Positions 36,422-47,694 are shown, counted from the first letter of the stretch. The stretch is 64,000 nucleotides of DNA from Syntrophorhabdaceae bacterium (GCA_963666485.2 CAXXUO010000001.1:1024001-1088000), one strand, 5' to 3'. Numbers and translations: made by a program. Notes: a model not told the origin generated them from the letters alone.

Positions 36422-37158
36422 CGAAAGCAACTCTGGCCGCACAGGGCCTTTTGAAAACATACAATGCCAGGAGGGTCGTGGACGGGATCAGCATGTCCAT
36501 GGAACAGGGCGAAATAGTCGGGCTTTTCGGCCCGAACGGGGCCGGGAAAACGACGTCGTTCTACATGATAATCGGCTTCATCAAGCCGAACGGCGGGAAG
36601 ATCCTGCTCGATAACGAGGACATTACCGATCTGCCCATGTTCATGCGGGCGCGCAAGGGGATTACGTATCTCCCGCAGGAACCCTCGGTTTTCAAGAAGA
36701 TGACGGTGATCGACAATCTCAAGGCGATCCTCGAATTCCTCGGTGTCGAGTCGGACCTCATAAATCACCGGGCGATCGAGATCCTCGAGTCCTTCAAGCT
36801 GGAGCATCTTGCGAACAACAACGCGGATTCCCTGTCGGGAGGCGAGCGGCGGCGCCTTGAAATAGCGCGGGCGCTCATGACGTCGCCGCGCTTTATGCTG
36901 CTTGACGAGCCTTTTTCCGGGATCGACCCCATATCGGTCTCCGACCTGAAGAAGATCATCTACGGCTTGAAGCACAGGGGGATCGGGATATTATTGTCGG
37001 ACCATAACGTCCGGGAATCCCTGCCTATCTGCGACAGGGCTTACGTGGTGAATGCCGGGAAGGTGCTTCTCGAGGGCACGCCGGAAAGCGTGGCGCAGGA
37101 CAGGATCGTGCGCGAAGTGTATCTTGGTGAGGAGTTTAACATCGATGTTGGAGCTTAA
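36418..37158 (+). CDS. lptB: LPS export ABC ATPase
   Basis: GPNGAGKTT, YLPQEPSVF, LSGGERRR, LLDEPFSGIDP, DHNVRE, YLGEEF. Confidence 0.95.
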   Translation: MTKATLAAQGLLKTYNARRVVDGISMSMEQGEIVGLFGPNGAGKTTSFYMIIGFIKPNGGKILLDNEDITDLPMFMRARKGITYLPQEPSVFKKMTVIDNLKAILEFLGVESDLINHRAIEILESFKLEHLANNNADSLSGGERRRLEIARALMTSPRFMLLDEPFSGIDPISVSDLKKIIYGLKHRGIGILLSDHNVRESLPICDRAYVVNAGKVLLEGTPESVAQDRIVREVYLGEEFNIDVGA

Positions 37159-38509
37159 ACAGACACAAAAGCTCTCACCGGTCCTGACGCAGCAGCTGCA
37201 GCAGGCGATCAAGCTCCTGCAGCTGTCGAAGCTGGAGCTTGTCGAAGCGATAGAGCTCGAAATGAAAGAGAACCCCATCCTGGAGATCAGCGACGAAGAG
37301 GCCCGGCCCGAGCCGGAAGAGACACAGGATGATAAAAAAGAGATGCAGGAACTGCTGGACCGCTATTCCCCGTCCGAGGAATATTTTCCCGTGGAGGACA
37401 AGGAAGCGCCCGATTATGAGAATATGGTCAGAAAGACCTATAACCTCAGGGACCACCTGAGATGGCAGATCGGATTATCTGATTTCGACCCGACCGAGCG
37501 CATCGTTGCCGAGTGGATAATAGGCAATATTGATGACAACGGGTATCTCATATACAGCCTCGAGGAGATCGCCCGGGATTCGGGTTTTGCCGTCGAGGTC
37601 CTCGAGTCCGTCCTGAAAAAGGTGCAGAAACTGGAACCGGCAGGGGTCGGCGCACGTGACCTCAAGGAATGTGTCCTGATACAGTACGAGCTTTCCGGGC
37701 AGAAGGACCCCGTGTTCTATACGGTCGTTTCGAGCCATTTCGACCTTTTTCAGCACAACAACCTGAAGGGCATCGCCAAGGCCACGGGCTTTCCCATCGA
37801 AAAGATAAAGGAAGTATTTGAAAAGATAAAATCCTTTGATCCCAAGCCCGGGCGGAACTTCAGCGACGAATTCATATCCTATGTCGTTCCCGATGTATAC
37901 GTTGCCAAGGGCGAGGAAGGGTATGAGATCGTCCTGAACAACGATGACCTGCCGGAACTCAGGATGAGCCGGTATTACCTGGGGCTTGCCACGGACCGCA
38001 AGGTGAGCGGCGATACGAAACGGTACATCAAGAACAAGATGAAGCAGGCCGAATGGTTTATCAAGAGCATCAAGCAAAGGCAGGACACGCTTTTCAAGGT
38101 CGCCCAGAGCATCGTCAATTTTCAGCGCGAGTTCTTCGACAAGGGCCTGCGCTCCCTGAAACCCCTTATATTGAAAGACGTTGCGCAGGATGTCGGCGTG
38201 CACGAGTCGACCGTGAGCAGGATAACCACGAGCAAGTACATGAGCACGCCTCACGGCGTCTACGAGATGAAATTTTTCTTCCCGACCAGCATCAACACGG
38301 GGGACGGGGATTCCTTATCGACAAATGTCGTCATGGACCTGATAGCGGAGCTCGTAAAAAAAGAGGACAAGAAGAAGCCTTTGACCGATGACGAGATAGC
38401 CCATATTCTCAAATCCCGGTACGATATAAACATCGCACGCCGTACGGTCGCCAAATACAGGGAGATATTGAACATACGGTCTTCACGGGAAAGGATGGTG
38501 ATAGACTAA
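37145..38509 (+). CDS. rpoN: RNA polymerase sigma-54 factor
   Basis: QLQQAIKLLQL, HESTVSR, RpoN box ARRTVAKYR; start set at MLELKQ. Confidence 0.96.
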   Translation: MLELKQTQKLSPVLTQQLQQAIKLLQLSKLELVEAIELEMKENPILEISDEEARPEPEETQDDKKEMQELLDRYSPSEEYFPVEDKEAPDYENMVRKTYNLRDHLRWQIGLSDFDPTERIVAEWIIGNIDDNGYLIYSLEEIARDSGFAVEVLESVLKKVQKLEPAGVGARDLKECVLIQYELSGQKDPVFYTVVSSHFDLFQHNNLKGIAKATGFPIEKIKEVFEKIKSFDPKPGRNFSDEFISYVVPDVYVAKGEEGYEIVLNNDDLPELRMSRYYLGLATDRKVSGDTKRYIKNKMKQAEWFIKSIKQRQDTLFKVAQSIVNFQREFFDKGLRSLKPLILKDVAQDVGVHESTVSRITTSKYMSTPHGVYEMKFFFPTSINTGDGDSLSTNVVMDLIAELVKKEDKKKPLTDDEIAHILKSRYDINIARRTVAKYREILNIRSSRERMVID

Positions 38510-38590
38510 AGGAATCTCACATTTTTAAAAAAGGTCCGGTTGCACCAACGTGCTCTTTGGTAAATTACGTAATACTTTCGGGGAATTGGA

Positions 38591-38619
38591 TTGACATGAT
38601 ACGGCATATCTGTTAATGT
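38591..38619 (+). promoter_or_regulatory. Putative sigma70 promoter of the hpf-pts cluster
   Basis: TTGACA-N17-TAATGT with extended -10 TG. Confidence 0.5.
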
Positions 38620-38669
38620 ATGCTCGAAGGTTGGTGCATGCCAACCTTATTTTTTATAACGGAGGCATT

Positions 38670-39194
38670 ATGGATATCACAACCAGCTTCAGGCACGTCG
38701 ACCCCAGTGAAGACATCAGGCGATATGTCGAAGACAAACTCTCACGGCTCCAGAAATACGTGGAGACACCTCTTGATATACACGTGGTCATTTCGCTCGA
38801 AAGAAGGTACCGCCAGCGTATCGATGTCATGTTCACCATTAACGGAGTGGTCATAAATGCGCATGAGGTCATGGATGATATCTATGCGGCTATAGATAAG
38901 ATACTTGATAAGCTCGAACGCAGGCTGACAAAATACCGGGACAAGGTAAAGGCATACCGCGAAAATAAATCGAAACGGGCCATCCTGACCCCGAGCGCCG
39001 AAGGGTCGGGCATTATCGTGTCGCGGACCATCGAGGCCAAGCCCATGGATCCCGAAGAGGCCGTGATGCAGCTCAAAGCGTCCGGTGACATGTTCATGGT
39101 CTTCCGCGAACGGGAAAACGACAATGTTTGCATCGTGTACAAGAGGAAGGACGGCAAGTTCAGCCTTATCGAGACAGCAGGGAAGGGACCTTGA
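38670..39194 (+). CDS. hpf: Ribosome hibernation promoting factor (long HPF)
   Basis: DIYAAID..KLERRL, C-terminal KPMDPEEAVMQL..VYKRKDG; RBS GGAGG. Confidence 0.92.
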   Translation: MDITTSFRHVDPSEDIRRYVEDKLSRLQKYVETPLDIHVVISLERRYRQRIDVMFTINGVVINAHEVMDDIYAAIDKILDKLERRLTKYRDKVKAYRENKSKRAILTPSAEGSGIIVSRTIEAKPMDPEEAVMQLKASGDMFMVFRERENDNVCIVYKRKDGKFSLIETAGKGP

Positions 39195-39655
39195 GGCTTG
39201 GTGAAATACTGAAAGAGTCCACGGTTATTTGTGATTTAGAAGACGGCAGCAAAAAGGAAATAGTAACAAAACTTGCATCACAGTTGAAGACCGCGGGGCT
39301 GATACATGACATCGATCCCGTGGTCAATGTCGTCATGGACCGGGAATCACTCGGGTCCACAGGCATCGGCGACGGGGTGGCGATCCCTCACGGGAAGTTC
39401 AACACCTCCGGTCAGGTCCTGTGTGTCTTTGCGCGGTCGCATAGAGGGACGGATTTCGAGGCGTCCGACGGGGAGAAGGTCCATATCTTCTTCCTGGTCC
39501 TCGCCCCGGAGGACGCGGCAAGCCTTCACCTCATGGCGCTTTCGCGGATATCGAGGATCCTTCGCGACCCGTCTTTCCGGAAGAGGCTCCTCGAGTTGCC
39601 CGATGATGCACGTTTGCTCCATCAGGCCATTATTGAAGAGGACGAAAAATATTAA
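39191..39655 (+). CDS. ptsN: PTS EIIA, nitrogen-regulatory type
   Basis: RESLGSTGIGDGVAIPH; TTG start overlapping the hpf stop. Confidence 0.88.
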   Translation: MRLGEILKESTVICDLEDGSKKEIVTKLASQLKTAGLIHDIDPVVNVVMDRESLGSTGIGDGVAIPHGKFNTSGQVLCVFARSHRGTDFEASDGEKVHIFFLVLAPEDAASLHLMALSRISRILRDPSFRKRLLELPDDARLLHQAIIEEDEKY

Positions 39656-39722
39656 AGGACCCGTCGATTTGCCGGCCCGGCATTGTGCAAAGGCAGGCAT
39701 GGTCTCCTGACAGGAAGAACGA

Positions 39723-40664
39723 ATGAAAGGGATTCAGGTCCAGCAGCTTGTAGATGATGAACTTTATGGATTGGAACTCGAGGTCCTGGCCGGAAGCAAA
39801 GGGCTGACGCGGAAGATATACAATCCGAGGATACAGAAACTGGGGCTCGTTATCACGGGCCACATGGTCTATCTGCACCCGCACAGGGTCCAGATACTGG
39901 GAAATATCGAAATATCCTACCTGAGGTCCCTCACCGAGACGGAAAGCAAGCGCATTATACGGGAGCTGTGCCGGAACAACGTGGTATGCTTCATCGTATC
40001 ACGCAACCTGAAGGTCCCCGAGTTCTTCCTTGTGTCGGCCGAAGAAAAGGGGATACCCTTGCTCAGGACGAAGCTTGTCACGTCCATATTCATTGAAAGG
40101 ATATCGAAGCTTCTTGAAGAAAAGCTCGCACCGTCAACGACCGTCCACGGTGTATTGATGGATATCCTGGGTGTCGGCGCCCTCATCATGGGAAGGCCCG
40201 GCATCGGGAAAAGCGAGAACGCACTGGAGCTCATCATGCGGGGCCACCGCCTTGTGGTCGATGACGCGGTCCATGTCAAAAAGATCGGTGCGATCGATCT
40301 TTACGGCGAAGCGCCGGAGATGATCAAGAGCCTGCTCGAGATACGCGGGGTCGGGATCGTCGATATACGCCACCTTTTCGGGGTGTCGTCCGTGATCGAC
40401 AAGAAGAAGATAGACCTTGTCATCGAGCTCTTTGATTGGGACACGTCTGTCGAGTGCGAGCGTATCGGCCTCAAGGAGGACAAGTACCGGGTCCTCAGTG
40501 TGGACCTGCCGTTTGTAAAGATCCCGATCAGTTCCGGCAAGAACGTATCGGCGATCATCGAGCTCGCGTGCCGGAATTTTATCCTGCGCAGGCAGGGGAT
40601 AAATACCGCCGTGGAACTGGAAAAGAGAATGCAGAGATCGATGGGGGAGAGCCTGACGGAATGA
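39723..40664 (+). CDS. hprK: HPr kinase/phosphorylase
   Basis: HGV, GRPGIGKSE, RGHRLVVDD, LLEIRGVG. Confidence 0.94.
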   Translation: MKGIQVQQLVDDELYGLELEVLAGSKGLTRKIYNPRIQKLGLVITGHMVYLHPHRVQILGNIEISYLRSLTETESKRIIRELCRNNVVCFIVSRNLKVPEFFLVSAEEKGIPLLRTKLVTSIFIERISKLLEEKLAPSTTVHGVLMDILGVGALIMGRPGIGKSENALELIMRGHRLVVDDAVHVKKIGAIDLYGEAPEMIKSLLEIRGVGIVDIRHLFGVSSVIDKKKIDLVIELFDWDTSVECERIGLKEDKYRVLSVDLPFVKIPISSGKNVSAIIELACRNFILRRQGINTAVELEKRMQRSMGESLTE

Positions 40665-41512
40665 AAGACGTTCTCATAGTAAGCGGCATCTCCGGATCAG
40701 GCAAGACAACTTTCTTGCGTGCGCTCGAAGACATAGGTTTTTTTTGCGTCGATAATTTTCCGATCGTCCTCCTCTCCAAGTTCCTGGAGCTCAACCGGGA
40801 CGAGGGTGAAAAAATTAAGAGATGTGCGTTTGTCATAGACGTACGCCTGCGGGATTTTTTCGAGGCCGGCCAGGATGCCGTAAGAAAAGCGAAAGAGGAA
40901 TTCGAAGCGAAGGTGCTTTTCCTCGAGAGTACCGAAGACAGTATTGTCCGGAGGTTTCGCGAGACGCGCAGGTCGCACCCGCTCTTCAACTCCTCGAATG
41001 TCAAGGATGCGTTGGCCGAGGAAAAAAAGCTGATGACATGGCTCAGGAACATGGCGGACGAGGTTATCGACACCACGCACCTGACGCCGCACGAGCTGCG
41101 CCGGCTGGTCCTGAACAGGTACGGCGCCCAGGAACAGCGGATGAAGATAAACCTCATGTCCTTCGGGTATGCCTTCGGGCTTCCTCTGGAGGCGGACATC
41201 GTCCTCGACGTGAGGTTCCTTCCCAACCCTTTCTTTGTCGAGGAACTTCGGGACAAAACGGGGCTCGACAGGGAGGTGACCGAATACATTAAGTCTCAGG
41301 AAGTATTCAAGAAATATTTCCTTTTTCTTTCAGATTTTTTGGTGTACCTTATTCCTTTGTTTGAGAAGGAAGGCAAAAGTTATCTGACCGTTTGTTTCGG
41401 TTGTACGGGCGGAAAACACCGGTCGGTATTTATTGCCGGCGAGATAGGCGAACAACTCAATGCCATGGGTTACAGTGTATCCACCGTTCACAGGGATATA
41501 GAAAAGAGGTAG
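40661..41512 (+). CDS. rapZ: RapZ/YvcJ family P-loop protein
   Basis: SGISGSGKT, CVDN, ETRRSHP, SFG, DVRFLPNP, GCTGGKHRS. Confidence 0.92.
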   Translation: MKDVLIVSGISGSGKTTFLRALEDIGFFCVDNFPIVLLSKFLELNRDEGEKIKRCAFVIDVRLRDFFEAGQDAVRKAKEEFEAKVLFLESTEDSIVRRFRETRRSHPLFNSSNVKDALAEEKKLMTWLRNMADEVIDTTHLTPHELRRLVLNRYGAQEQRMKINLMSFGYAFGLPLEADIVLDVRFLPNPFFVEELRDKTGLDREVTEYIKSQEVFKKYFLFLSDFLVYLIPLFEKEGKSYLTVCFGCTGGKHRSVFIAGEIGEQLNAMGYSVSTVHRDIEKR

Positions 41513-41522
41513 GGAGGCTTTT

Positions 41523-41933
41523 ATGACCGGTCTCGTCGTGGTGGCGCACTTTAATCTCGGCCGGGAAATGGTTGCGGCAACGGAATTGATCATGGGCAAA
41601 CAGGAACAATTCGTTGCGGTCGACATTTTTCCGGACGACCAGGTGGAAAAAATTAAAGAAAAGGTCGTGGCAGCCATAAAAAATACAAACACGGGGGACG
41701 GCGTTATCATACTGACCGACATGTTCGGCGGCACCCCCTCGAACATCAGCCTGTCGTTCCTGGAGGAAGACAAGGTTGAGGTGGTCGCGGGCGTTAACCT
41801 TCCCATGCTCATCAAGCTGGTCTCGTACCGCGAGGGAAGAACGCTCGATGAGCTGGCGGATTTTATAACGCAGTACGGGCAGAGGAACATATACCGTGCA
41901 ACGGATGTCCTGAAAGCAAGGAAGAAGGATTAG
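41523..41933 (+). CDS. PTS EIIA, mannose/fructose family (ManX-like)
   Basis: VVAH, TDMFGGTPSN, GVNLPML. Confidence 0.9.
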   Translation: MTGLVVVAHFNLGREMVAATELIMGKQEQFVAVDIFPDDQVEKIKEKVVAAIKNTNTGDGVIILTDMFGGTPSNISLSFLEEDKVEVVAGVNLPMLIKLVSYREGRTLDELADFITQYGQRNIYRATDVLKARKKD

Positions 41934-41938
41934 GGAGA

Positions 41939-42205
41939 ATGCTCGAAGGCATATTTACTGTCAGGAACAGGCTTGGCCTCCACGCGCGGGCAGCGGCCTT
42001 ATTCGTAAAGCTGGCTGCGAAATTCCAGTCGAATGTGCTCATGGAAAAGGACGGCATGCAGGTAAACGGGAAGAGCATCATGGGGCTCCTGATGCTGGCC
42101 TGTCCGCTAGGAAGCAAGATCGTGCTCAGGGTTGAGGGAGAGGACGAAGAGAAGGCCTACGATGAACTGGGAGGCCTCATCAACAACGGATTCAACGAGG
42201 AATGA
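41939..42205 (+). CDS. ptsH: Phosphocarrier protein HPr
   Basis: NRLGLHARAA, NGKSIMGL. Confidence 0.93.
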   Translation: MLEGIFTVRNRLGLHARAAALFVKLAAKFQSNVLMEKDGMQVNGKSIMGLLMLACPLGSKIVLRVEGEDEEKAYDELGGLINNGFNEE

Positions 42206-43986
42206 AAGAAGAACTTTTTATAAACAGGACACTCAAAGGGACAGGAGTTTCGTCCGGTATAACTATCGGGAAAGTGCGGCTTATCGACCGGGGCAAGGTT
42301 TCGATACCCAAGCGTTCGATAACGGAACGCCACGTAGAACGCGAGATCACGAGAATAAAAACGGCCATCGAGGAGGCTATAGACCAGTTAAGCCAGATCA
42401 GGGATGCCATTCCGGACGAAGACGTTAAAAAACACGCCTTCATTCTGGATGCGCACATACTGATCCTCCAGGATGAGTTTTTCTTCAATTCGATCATCGA
42501 CGTGATCCGATCGGAGTTGATAAATGCCGAGTGGGCCCTCGAGGTTGTCGTTTTCCGTTTTCTCGCCAGCTTTGACAAAGTAGAGGACCCGTACCTCAGG
42601 GAGCGCGGCCAGGATATAAAATATATCTATGAAAGGCTCGCGAGGATCCTTTCCCCTGAAAAGAAATCGCCCATAGAGAGGGCTGCGGTCAAGGGCAGGT
42701 CCATTATTATAGCCCACGACCTGTCCCCCGCCGACACGATCCAGCTTAATCTTAACAACATATCCGGTTTCGCGACCGATGTCGGGGGCAGGACGTCTCA
42801 TACGTCCATTGTTGCACGGGCGCTCGAAATACCCGCCGTTGTCGGCGTCGGCAACGTGAGCAGTCTCGTAAAGAACAACGATCTCGTGATCATAGACGGC
42901 GACGAGGGCCTCGTCATTGTAAACCCTGCCAAAGAGGTCCAGAAGGAATATCTCGCCAAGCAGGTACATCTGCGCAACCTCAAAAAAGAACACCTGCGCC
43001 TCGCCCGGTTAAAGGCCGAGACGCGGGACGGGTTCAAGATGCGGGTCGGCGCGAATATCGAGCTTCTCGCCGAGATGGACATTGTCGGAAAATACGGGGC
43101 GAGCGGTATCGGGCTTTACCGGACGGAGTATATATACCTGTCCAAGAGAAATGATCTTCCGACCGAGATGGACCACTACCACATCTACCGGAAGCTCGCC
43201 GAGAAAAGCTCCCTCGACTATATAACGATCAGGACCCTCGATATCGGCGGGGACAAGTTCGTTTCCGAGATCGAGATGCCCAAGGAGATCAACCCGGCGA
43301 TGGGCCTGAGGGCCATAAGGCTGTGCATTAAAGAGGTCCCCCTTTTCAAGGCCCAGCTCAAGGGGATCCTGCGTGCAAGCGTGTTCGGGCCTTTGCGTAT
43401 TCTCATCCCCATGGTCTCCGGCATCGAAGAAGTGCGTAAGACCAAGGCGATCATTAAAGAATGCATGGAGGAATTGTCGCGCAAGCGCATATCCTATAAC
43501 AAGGACATCAAAACGGGCATCATGATAGAGGTCCCCTCGGCGTGCATGATAAGCGACATGCTCGCTGCGGAGGTCGATTTCTTCAGCATAGGGACAAACG
43601 ACCTCATCCAGTACGCCCTCGCGATAGACCGGGTCAACGAATATGTTTCGTATCTCTACGAGCCGCTCCATCCGGCCGTTCTCAAGATGATAAAGAAGAC
43701 GGTCGATGATGCCCATGCGGCCAAGATAACGATCGCCCTGTGCGGGGAGATGGCAGGGGAGCCGCGCTACATACCGGTGTTGCTCGGCCTCGGCCTTGAC
43801 GAGATAAGCATGAACCCGTATGCGATACCGCGCGCGAAAAAGACGATACGCGGCCTTGATCACGGGTATTGCCGGGAGCTGCTTGCCGAGATAATGAAAA
43901 AAGACTCGCCTGCTGAAGCCGAGCTGCTGTTGAAAAACGAAATGATGAAATTGTTTCCCGGGGATTATCCCAAGCCCCAGGAATAA
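42202..43986 (+). CDS. ptsI: PTS enzyme I
   Basis: GGRTSHTSI, GIGLYRTE, RTLDIGGDK, MIEVP, SIGTNDL, CGEMA. Confidence 0.95.
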   Translation: MKEELFINRTLKGTGVSSGITIGKVRLIDRGKVSIPKRSITERHVEREITRIKTAIEEAIDQLSQIRDAIPDEDVKKHAFILDAHILILQDEFFFNSIIDVIRSELINAEWALEVVVFRFLASFDKVEDPYLRERGQDIKYIYERLARILSPEKKSPIERAAVKGRSIIIAHDLSPADTIQLNLNNISGFATDVGGRTSHTSIVARALEIPAVVGVGNVSSLVKNNDLVIIDGDEGLVIVNPAKEVQKEYLAKQVHLRNLKKEHLRLARLKAETRDGFKMRVGANIELLAEMDIVGKYGASGIGLYRTEYIYLSKRNDLPTEMDHYHIYRKLAEKSSLDYITIRTLDIGGDKFVSEIEMPKEINPAMGLRAIRLCIKEVPLFKAQLKGILRASVFGPLRILIPMVSGIEEVRKTKAIIKECMEELSRKRISYNKDIKTGIMIEVPSACMISDMLAAEVDFFSIGTNDLIQYALAIDRVNEYVSYLYEPLHPAVLKMIKKTVDDAHAAKITIALCGEMAGEPRYIPVLLGLGLDEISMNPYAIPRAKKTIRGLDHGYCRELLAEIMKKDSPAEAELLLKNEMMKLFPGDYPKPQE

Positions 43987-44024
43987 AACTGTACAATCCA
44001 ATTTGCGGTTAAGGAGGAGATACA

Positions 44025-45188
44025 ATGGGAATGAGCAGGTTCTTGTTTACATCCGAATCGGTGGCCGAAGGTCACCCGGACAAGGTTTCCGACCAGATAT
44101 CGGATGCGGTTCTCGACGCGATAATTGCTGATGACCCAAAGGCCAGGGTGGCCTGTGAGACATATGTTACGACGGGCCTTGCGCTGGTTGGCGGCGAGAT
44201 CACGACGTCGAGTTATGTGAATGTCCCGGACATCGTCCGGCAGACTGTCAAGGAGATCGGGTATAACGATTCATCCATGGGTTTTGACTGGGAGACCTGT
44301 GCGGTACTCACGGCGATCGATGAGCAGTCCCCCGACATAGCGATGGGGGTCAATGAAACGGGCGACCACGAGCAGGGGGCAGGCGACCAGGGGCTCATGT
44401 TCGGGTATGCATGCAACGAAACGGCGGAATTCATGCCGATGTCCATCATGTACGCACACAAACTTATCAGGCGCCTCGCGGATGTCCGCAAGGACGGGAC
44501 GCTTCCGTATCTTCGTCCTGACGGCAAGAGCCAGGTGACGATCGAATATATCGACAGGCAGCCTGTCCGCGTGGATGCGGTCGTCATAGCGGCCCAGCAC
44601 AACCCGGACATAGCAACCGATAAATTGCGGGAAGCGGTTACGGAAGAAGTGATCAAGAAGATCATCCCCGCCGAGCTGATGGACGAGAAGACGAAGATAT
44701 TCATCAACTCGACAGGCCGGTTCGTTGTCGGGGGCCCGAAAGGCGACTGCGGCGTGACAGGACGGAAGATCATAGTCGATACATACGGCGGCGTTGGCAG
44801 CCACGGCGGAGGGGCCTTCTCCGGGAAAGACCCGTCAAAGGTCGACAGGAGCGCATCCTATATGGCGCGCTACATAGCCAAAAACCTCGTTGCGGCGGGC
44901 CTCGCGGACAGGCTGGAATTGCAGATAGCGTACACGATCGGTGTCGCGCAGCCGGTGTCCGTTATGATCGATACCCAGGGCACGTCGAAGATAAGCCCCG
45001 ACAAGATAGCCCAGATAGTCAACGATCTCTTCGATATGAGGCCGAGGAAGATAATCGAGAGACTCGACCTGTTAAGGCCGATCTATAAAAAGACAGCATG
45101 CGGCGGGCATTTCGGCAGGAACGATCCGGACTTTACCTGGGAAAAACTGGATATGGTAGAGGAGATCCGCAAGGCCGCCGGGATATAG
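44025..45188 (+). CDS. metK: S-adenosylmethionine synthetase
   Basis: [39 protein letters not shown]. Confidence 0.97.
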   Translation: MGMSRFLFTSESVAEGHPDKVSDQISDAVLDAIIADDPKARVACETYVTTGLALVGGEITTSSYVNVPDIVRQTVKEIGYNDSSMGFDWETCAVLTAIDEQSPDIAMGVNETGDHEQGAGDQGLMFGYACNETAEFMPMSIMYAHKLIRRLADVRKDGTLPYLRPDGKSQVTIEYIDRQPVRVDAVVIAAQHNPDIATDKLREAVTEEVIKKIIPAELMDEKTKIFINSTGRFVVGGPKGDCGVTGRKIIVDTYGGVGSHGGGAFSGKDPSKVDRSASYMARYIAKNLVAAGLADRLELQIAYTIGVAQPVSVMIDTQGTSKISPDKIAQIVNDLFDMRPRKIIERLDLLRPIYKKTACGGHFGRNDPDFTWEKLDMVEEIRKAAGI

Positions 45189-45311
45189 TCCGGTTTAATC
45201 TTAGAGCGCTGACTTCGTTAGCTGCAGGGGCCCAAATCCTCAACGTACAGTAGTACGCCTCCGGTTTGGCCCCCTTTGCTGCCTCGCCATCATCTCTAAT
45301 CTTAAACCGGA
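45189..45311. repeat. 123-bp structured palindromic element (MITE/REP-like)
   Basis: 10-bp terminal inverted repeat TCCGGTTTAA/TTAAACCGGA; nested TTAGAG/CTCTAA, GGGGCC..AAA/TTTGGCCCC and CGTAC/GTACG stems. Confidence 0.65.
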
Positions 45312-45392
45312 AAAAAGATTGGAAACGGTCTCCGGTCTTAAAACTGCAATAAATGTTGGCGTAAATAAACCTGAAAAGGGAGGGATAGATAC

Positions 45393-46727
45393 ATGGCTAA
45401 AATTGATTATGATGTTAAGGATATGAAACTGGCGAATGCCGGGTTGGAGCGTATTGAGTGGGCGGAGCGGAGGATGCCGGTGCTGCGGCAGATCGCAAAG
45501 CGGTTCGCAAAGCAGAAACCGCTGAAAGGTGTCAGGATCGCATGCTGTCTCCATGTCACCACGGAAACGGCAAACCTCGTGAAGACGTTGAAGGCCGCAG
45601 GGGCGGACGTTGTGCTGTGCGCATCGAACCCTTTGAGCACACAGGACGATGTCGCGGCGGCAATTGTGAAACATTTCGGCATCCCGACCTTTTCGATCAA
45701 AGGCGAGACGGACAAGCAGTATTATGAACATATCATGAAGGCCTTGTCCTTCATGCCGAACATTACCATGGACGACGGTGCCGACCTTGTCGGGGCGCTC
45801 CATATGATCGCCTTCGACAGAACGGAAGGTCTGCACGATGTCATAAAAAAATGGGTAAAAAAGCTAGGCAAGAAAGAAAGGCAGGCGCTGGTGAGCGATG
45901 TTGTCGGGTCCATGGAAGAGACGACCACCGGGGTCATCCGTCTCAAAAGCATGGAGCTCGAGGGCGTCCTCCAGTTCCCGGTGGTGGCGGTCAATGACGC
46001 ACTGACAAAACATATGTTCGACAACCGCTACGGCACAGGCCAGAGCACGGTCGACGGCATCCTGCGCGCAACGAACATCCTCTTCGCAGGGGCCACGTTC
46101 GTTCTCGCCGGGTACGGCTGGTGCGGCAAAGGCGTGACCATGAGGGCAAAAGGGCTCGGCGCCCATGTCATCGTGACCGAGGTCGACCCGCTTCGCGCTC
46201 TCGAGGCTCACATGGACGGCTTCGAGGTGATGGAGATGGAGAAGGCGGCGGCCCTGGGCGATATATTCGTGACGACCACCGGCGACATCCATGTCATCCG
46301 CGAAGAACATTTCAAGAAAATGAAAGACGGCGCGATCGTCTGCAATTCCGGCCACTTCAATGTTGAGATACAGATCGAGGCGCTGGAGAAGATGAAAAAG
46401 GCGAAAAGGCGGATCCGCGGTTTTATTGATGAATACACCCTCAAGGACGGCAAAAAGATATTCCTTCTCGGCGAAGGCAGGCTTGTAAACCTGGCATGCG
46501 CGGAAGGCCACCCGTCCGACGTCATGGACATGAGCTTTGCAAACCAGGCGCTCTGCTCCGAGTATATGTGGAAGAACGCCAAGAAACTGGAGAAAAAGGT
46601 GTATTCCGTTCCCAAGGCGATCGACGAACAGGTGGCCTCGCTGAAGCTTGCGTCGGCCGGTGTTACCATTGATGACCTCACCGACGAACAGAAGAAATAC
46701 CTCGCATCATGGGAGATGGGAACATGA
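45393..46727 (+). CDS. ahcY: Adenosylhomocysteinase
   Basis: [46 protein letters not shown]. Confidence 0.97.
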   Translation: MAKIDYDVKDMKLANAGLERIEWAERRMPVLRQIAKRFAKQKPLKGVRIACCLHVTTETANLVKTLKAAGADVVLCASNPLSTQDDVAAAIVKHFGIPTFSIKGETDKQYYEHIMKALSFMPNITMDDGADLVGALHMIAFDRTEGLHDVIKKWVKKLGKKERQALVSDVVGSMEETTTGVIRLKSMELEGVLQFPVVAVNDALTKHMFDNRYGTGQSTVDGILRATNILFAGATFVLAGYGWCGKGVTMRAKGLGAHVIVTEVDPLRALEAHMDGFEVMEMEKAAALGDIFVTTTGDIHVIREEHFKKMKDGAIVCNSGHFNVEIQIEALEKMKKAKRRIRGFIDEYTLKDGKKIFLLGEGRLVNLACAEGHPSDVMDMSFANQALCSEYMWKNAKKLEKKVYSVPKAIDEQVASLKLASAGVTIDDLTDEQKKYLASWEMGT

Positions 46728-47641
46728 TCAAGCTTTGCGTCGCAGGGACCGTGGCGTATGACTCGATAGAAACGCCGTTCGGGAAGGCCGAGAACGTCCT
46801 GGGAGGCTCGGCGCTGCATTTTACGAACGCGGCCAGTTTTTTCACAGACGTGGGGATTGTGGCCACGGTCGGCAGCGACTTTGATCTGGACGGGATATCG
46901 TTCCTGAAGGACCGCAGTGTGGACTTCTCCGGTATCGAGGTGGACAGCGGCAAGACCTTTCGCTGGGAGGGCAGGTACGGGTATGACCTCAACCAGGCCA
47001 TAACCCTCAAGACCGAGCTCAACGTTATTGAGACCTTCAGGCCCAAAGTGCCGGAAGATTACAGGGCCGCCGATTTTCTTTTCCTGGCCAACATAGACCC
47101 CGAACTGCAGCTCTACGTCATCGACCAGGTGAAAAAACCGGTCGCCCTCGTTCTTGACACGATGAACTTCTGGATCGAGAACAAGCTCGATGCGCTCATG
47201 GAGGTCATACGGCGGGTTGACATGCTCGTCATCAACGAGGCGGAGCTGCGCGAGATAACGAAGGAGCACAACCTCCTGAAAGGCGCCCGGAAACTGATCG
47301 AAATGGGCCCGACATGCGTAGTTGCCAAGCGCGGCGAGTACGGGGTTTTCATGATGAACCGTGACGAGGTGTTCCTGGCCCCGGCATTCCCGTTAGAGGA
47401 CGTCTTCGACCCGACCGGCGCGGGAGATACTTTTGCCGGCGGTTTCATGGGATACCTTGCCAATGTCGGTGAGGCCACATCCGAAACGGTCAAGCAGGCG
47501 ATCATCATGGGTACCGTCATGGCATCCTTCAACGTCGAAGATTTCAGCATCAACAGGATCAAAAGACTGACAATGCCGGAGATAAAAAAAAGATATCATG
47601 CGCTGAAAAGCTGTATGCAGTTCGGTGAAATAGGCTTCTAA
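46724..47641 (+). CDS. PfkB/ribokinase-family kinase
   Basis: [32 protein letters not shown] coupling to ahcY. Confidence 0.9.
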   Translation: MIKLCVAGTVAYDSIETPFGKAENVLGGSALHFTNAASFFTDVGIVATVGSDFDLDGISFLKDRSVDFSGIEVDSGKTFRWEGRYGYDLNQAITLKTELNVIETFRPKVPEDYRAADFLFLANIDPELQLYVIDQVKKPVALVLDTMNFWIENKLDALMEVIRRVDMLVINEAELREITKEHNLLKGARKLIEMGPTCVVAKRGEYGVFMMNRDEVFLAPAFPLEDVFDPTGAGDTFAGGFMGYLANVGEATSETVKQAIIMGTVMASFNVEDFSINRIKRLTMPEIKKRYHALKSCMQFGEIGF

Positions 47642-47643
47642 AA

Positions 47644-47694
47644 GTTCAAGGTTCAAGGTTAAAAAGGTTTTGCTTTGAACCTTGAACCTTGAAC
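47644..47694. repeat. Heptamer-unit inverted-arm element (GTTCAAG / CTTGAAC)
   Basis: GTTCAAG GTTCAAG GTTAAAA ... TTTGAAC CTTGAAC CTTGAAC, filling the gap between convergent genes. Confidence 0.85.

Noticed and set aside
39191..43986. Sugar-transporting PTS or novel signalling system
   Set aside because: No EIIB/EIIC; matches the known rpoN-linked regulatory PTS cluster
45189..45392. SAH or SAM riboswitch upstream of ahcY (contains GAGCGCTG)
   Set aside because: Lacks the CAGGCTCGG segment and the downstream GCGCTC pseudoknot partner; the sequence instead pairs in a long terminal stem. Not tested with Infernal
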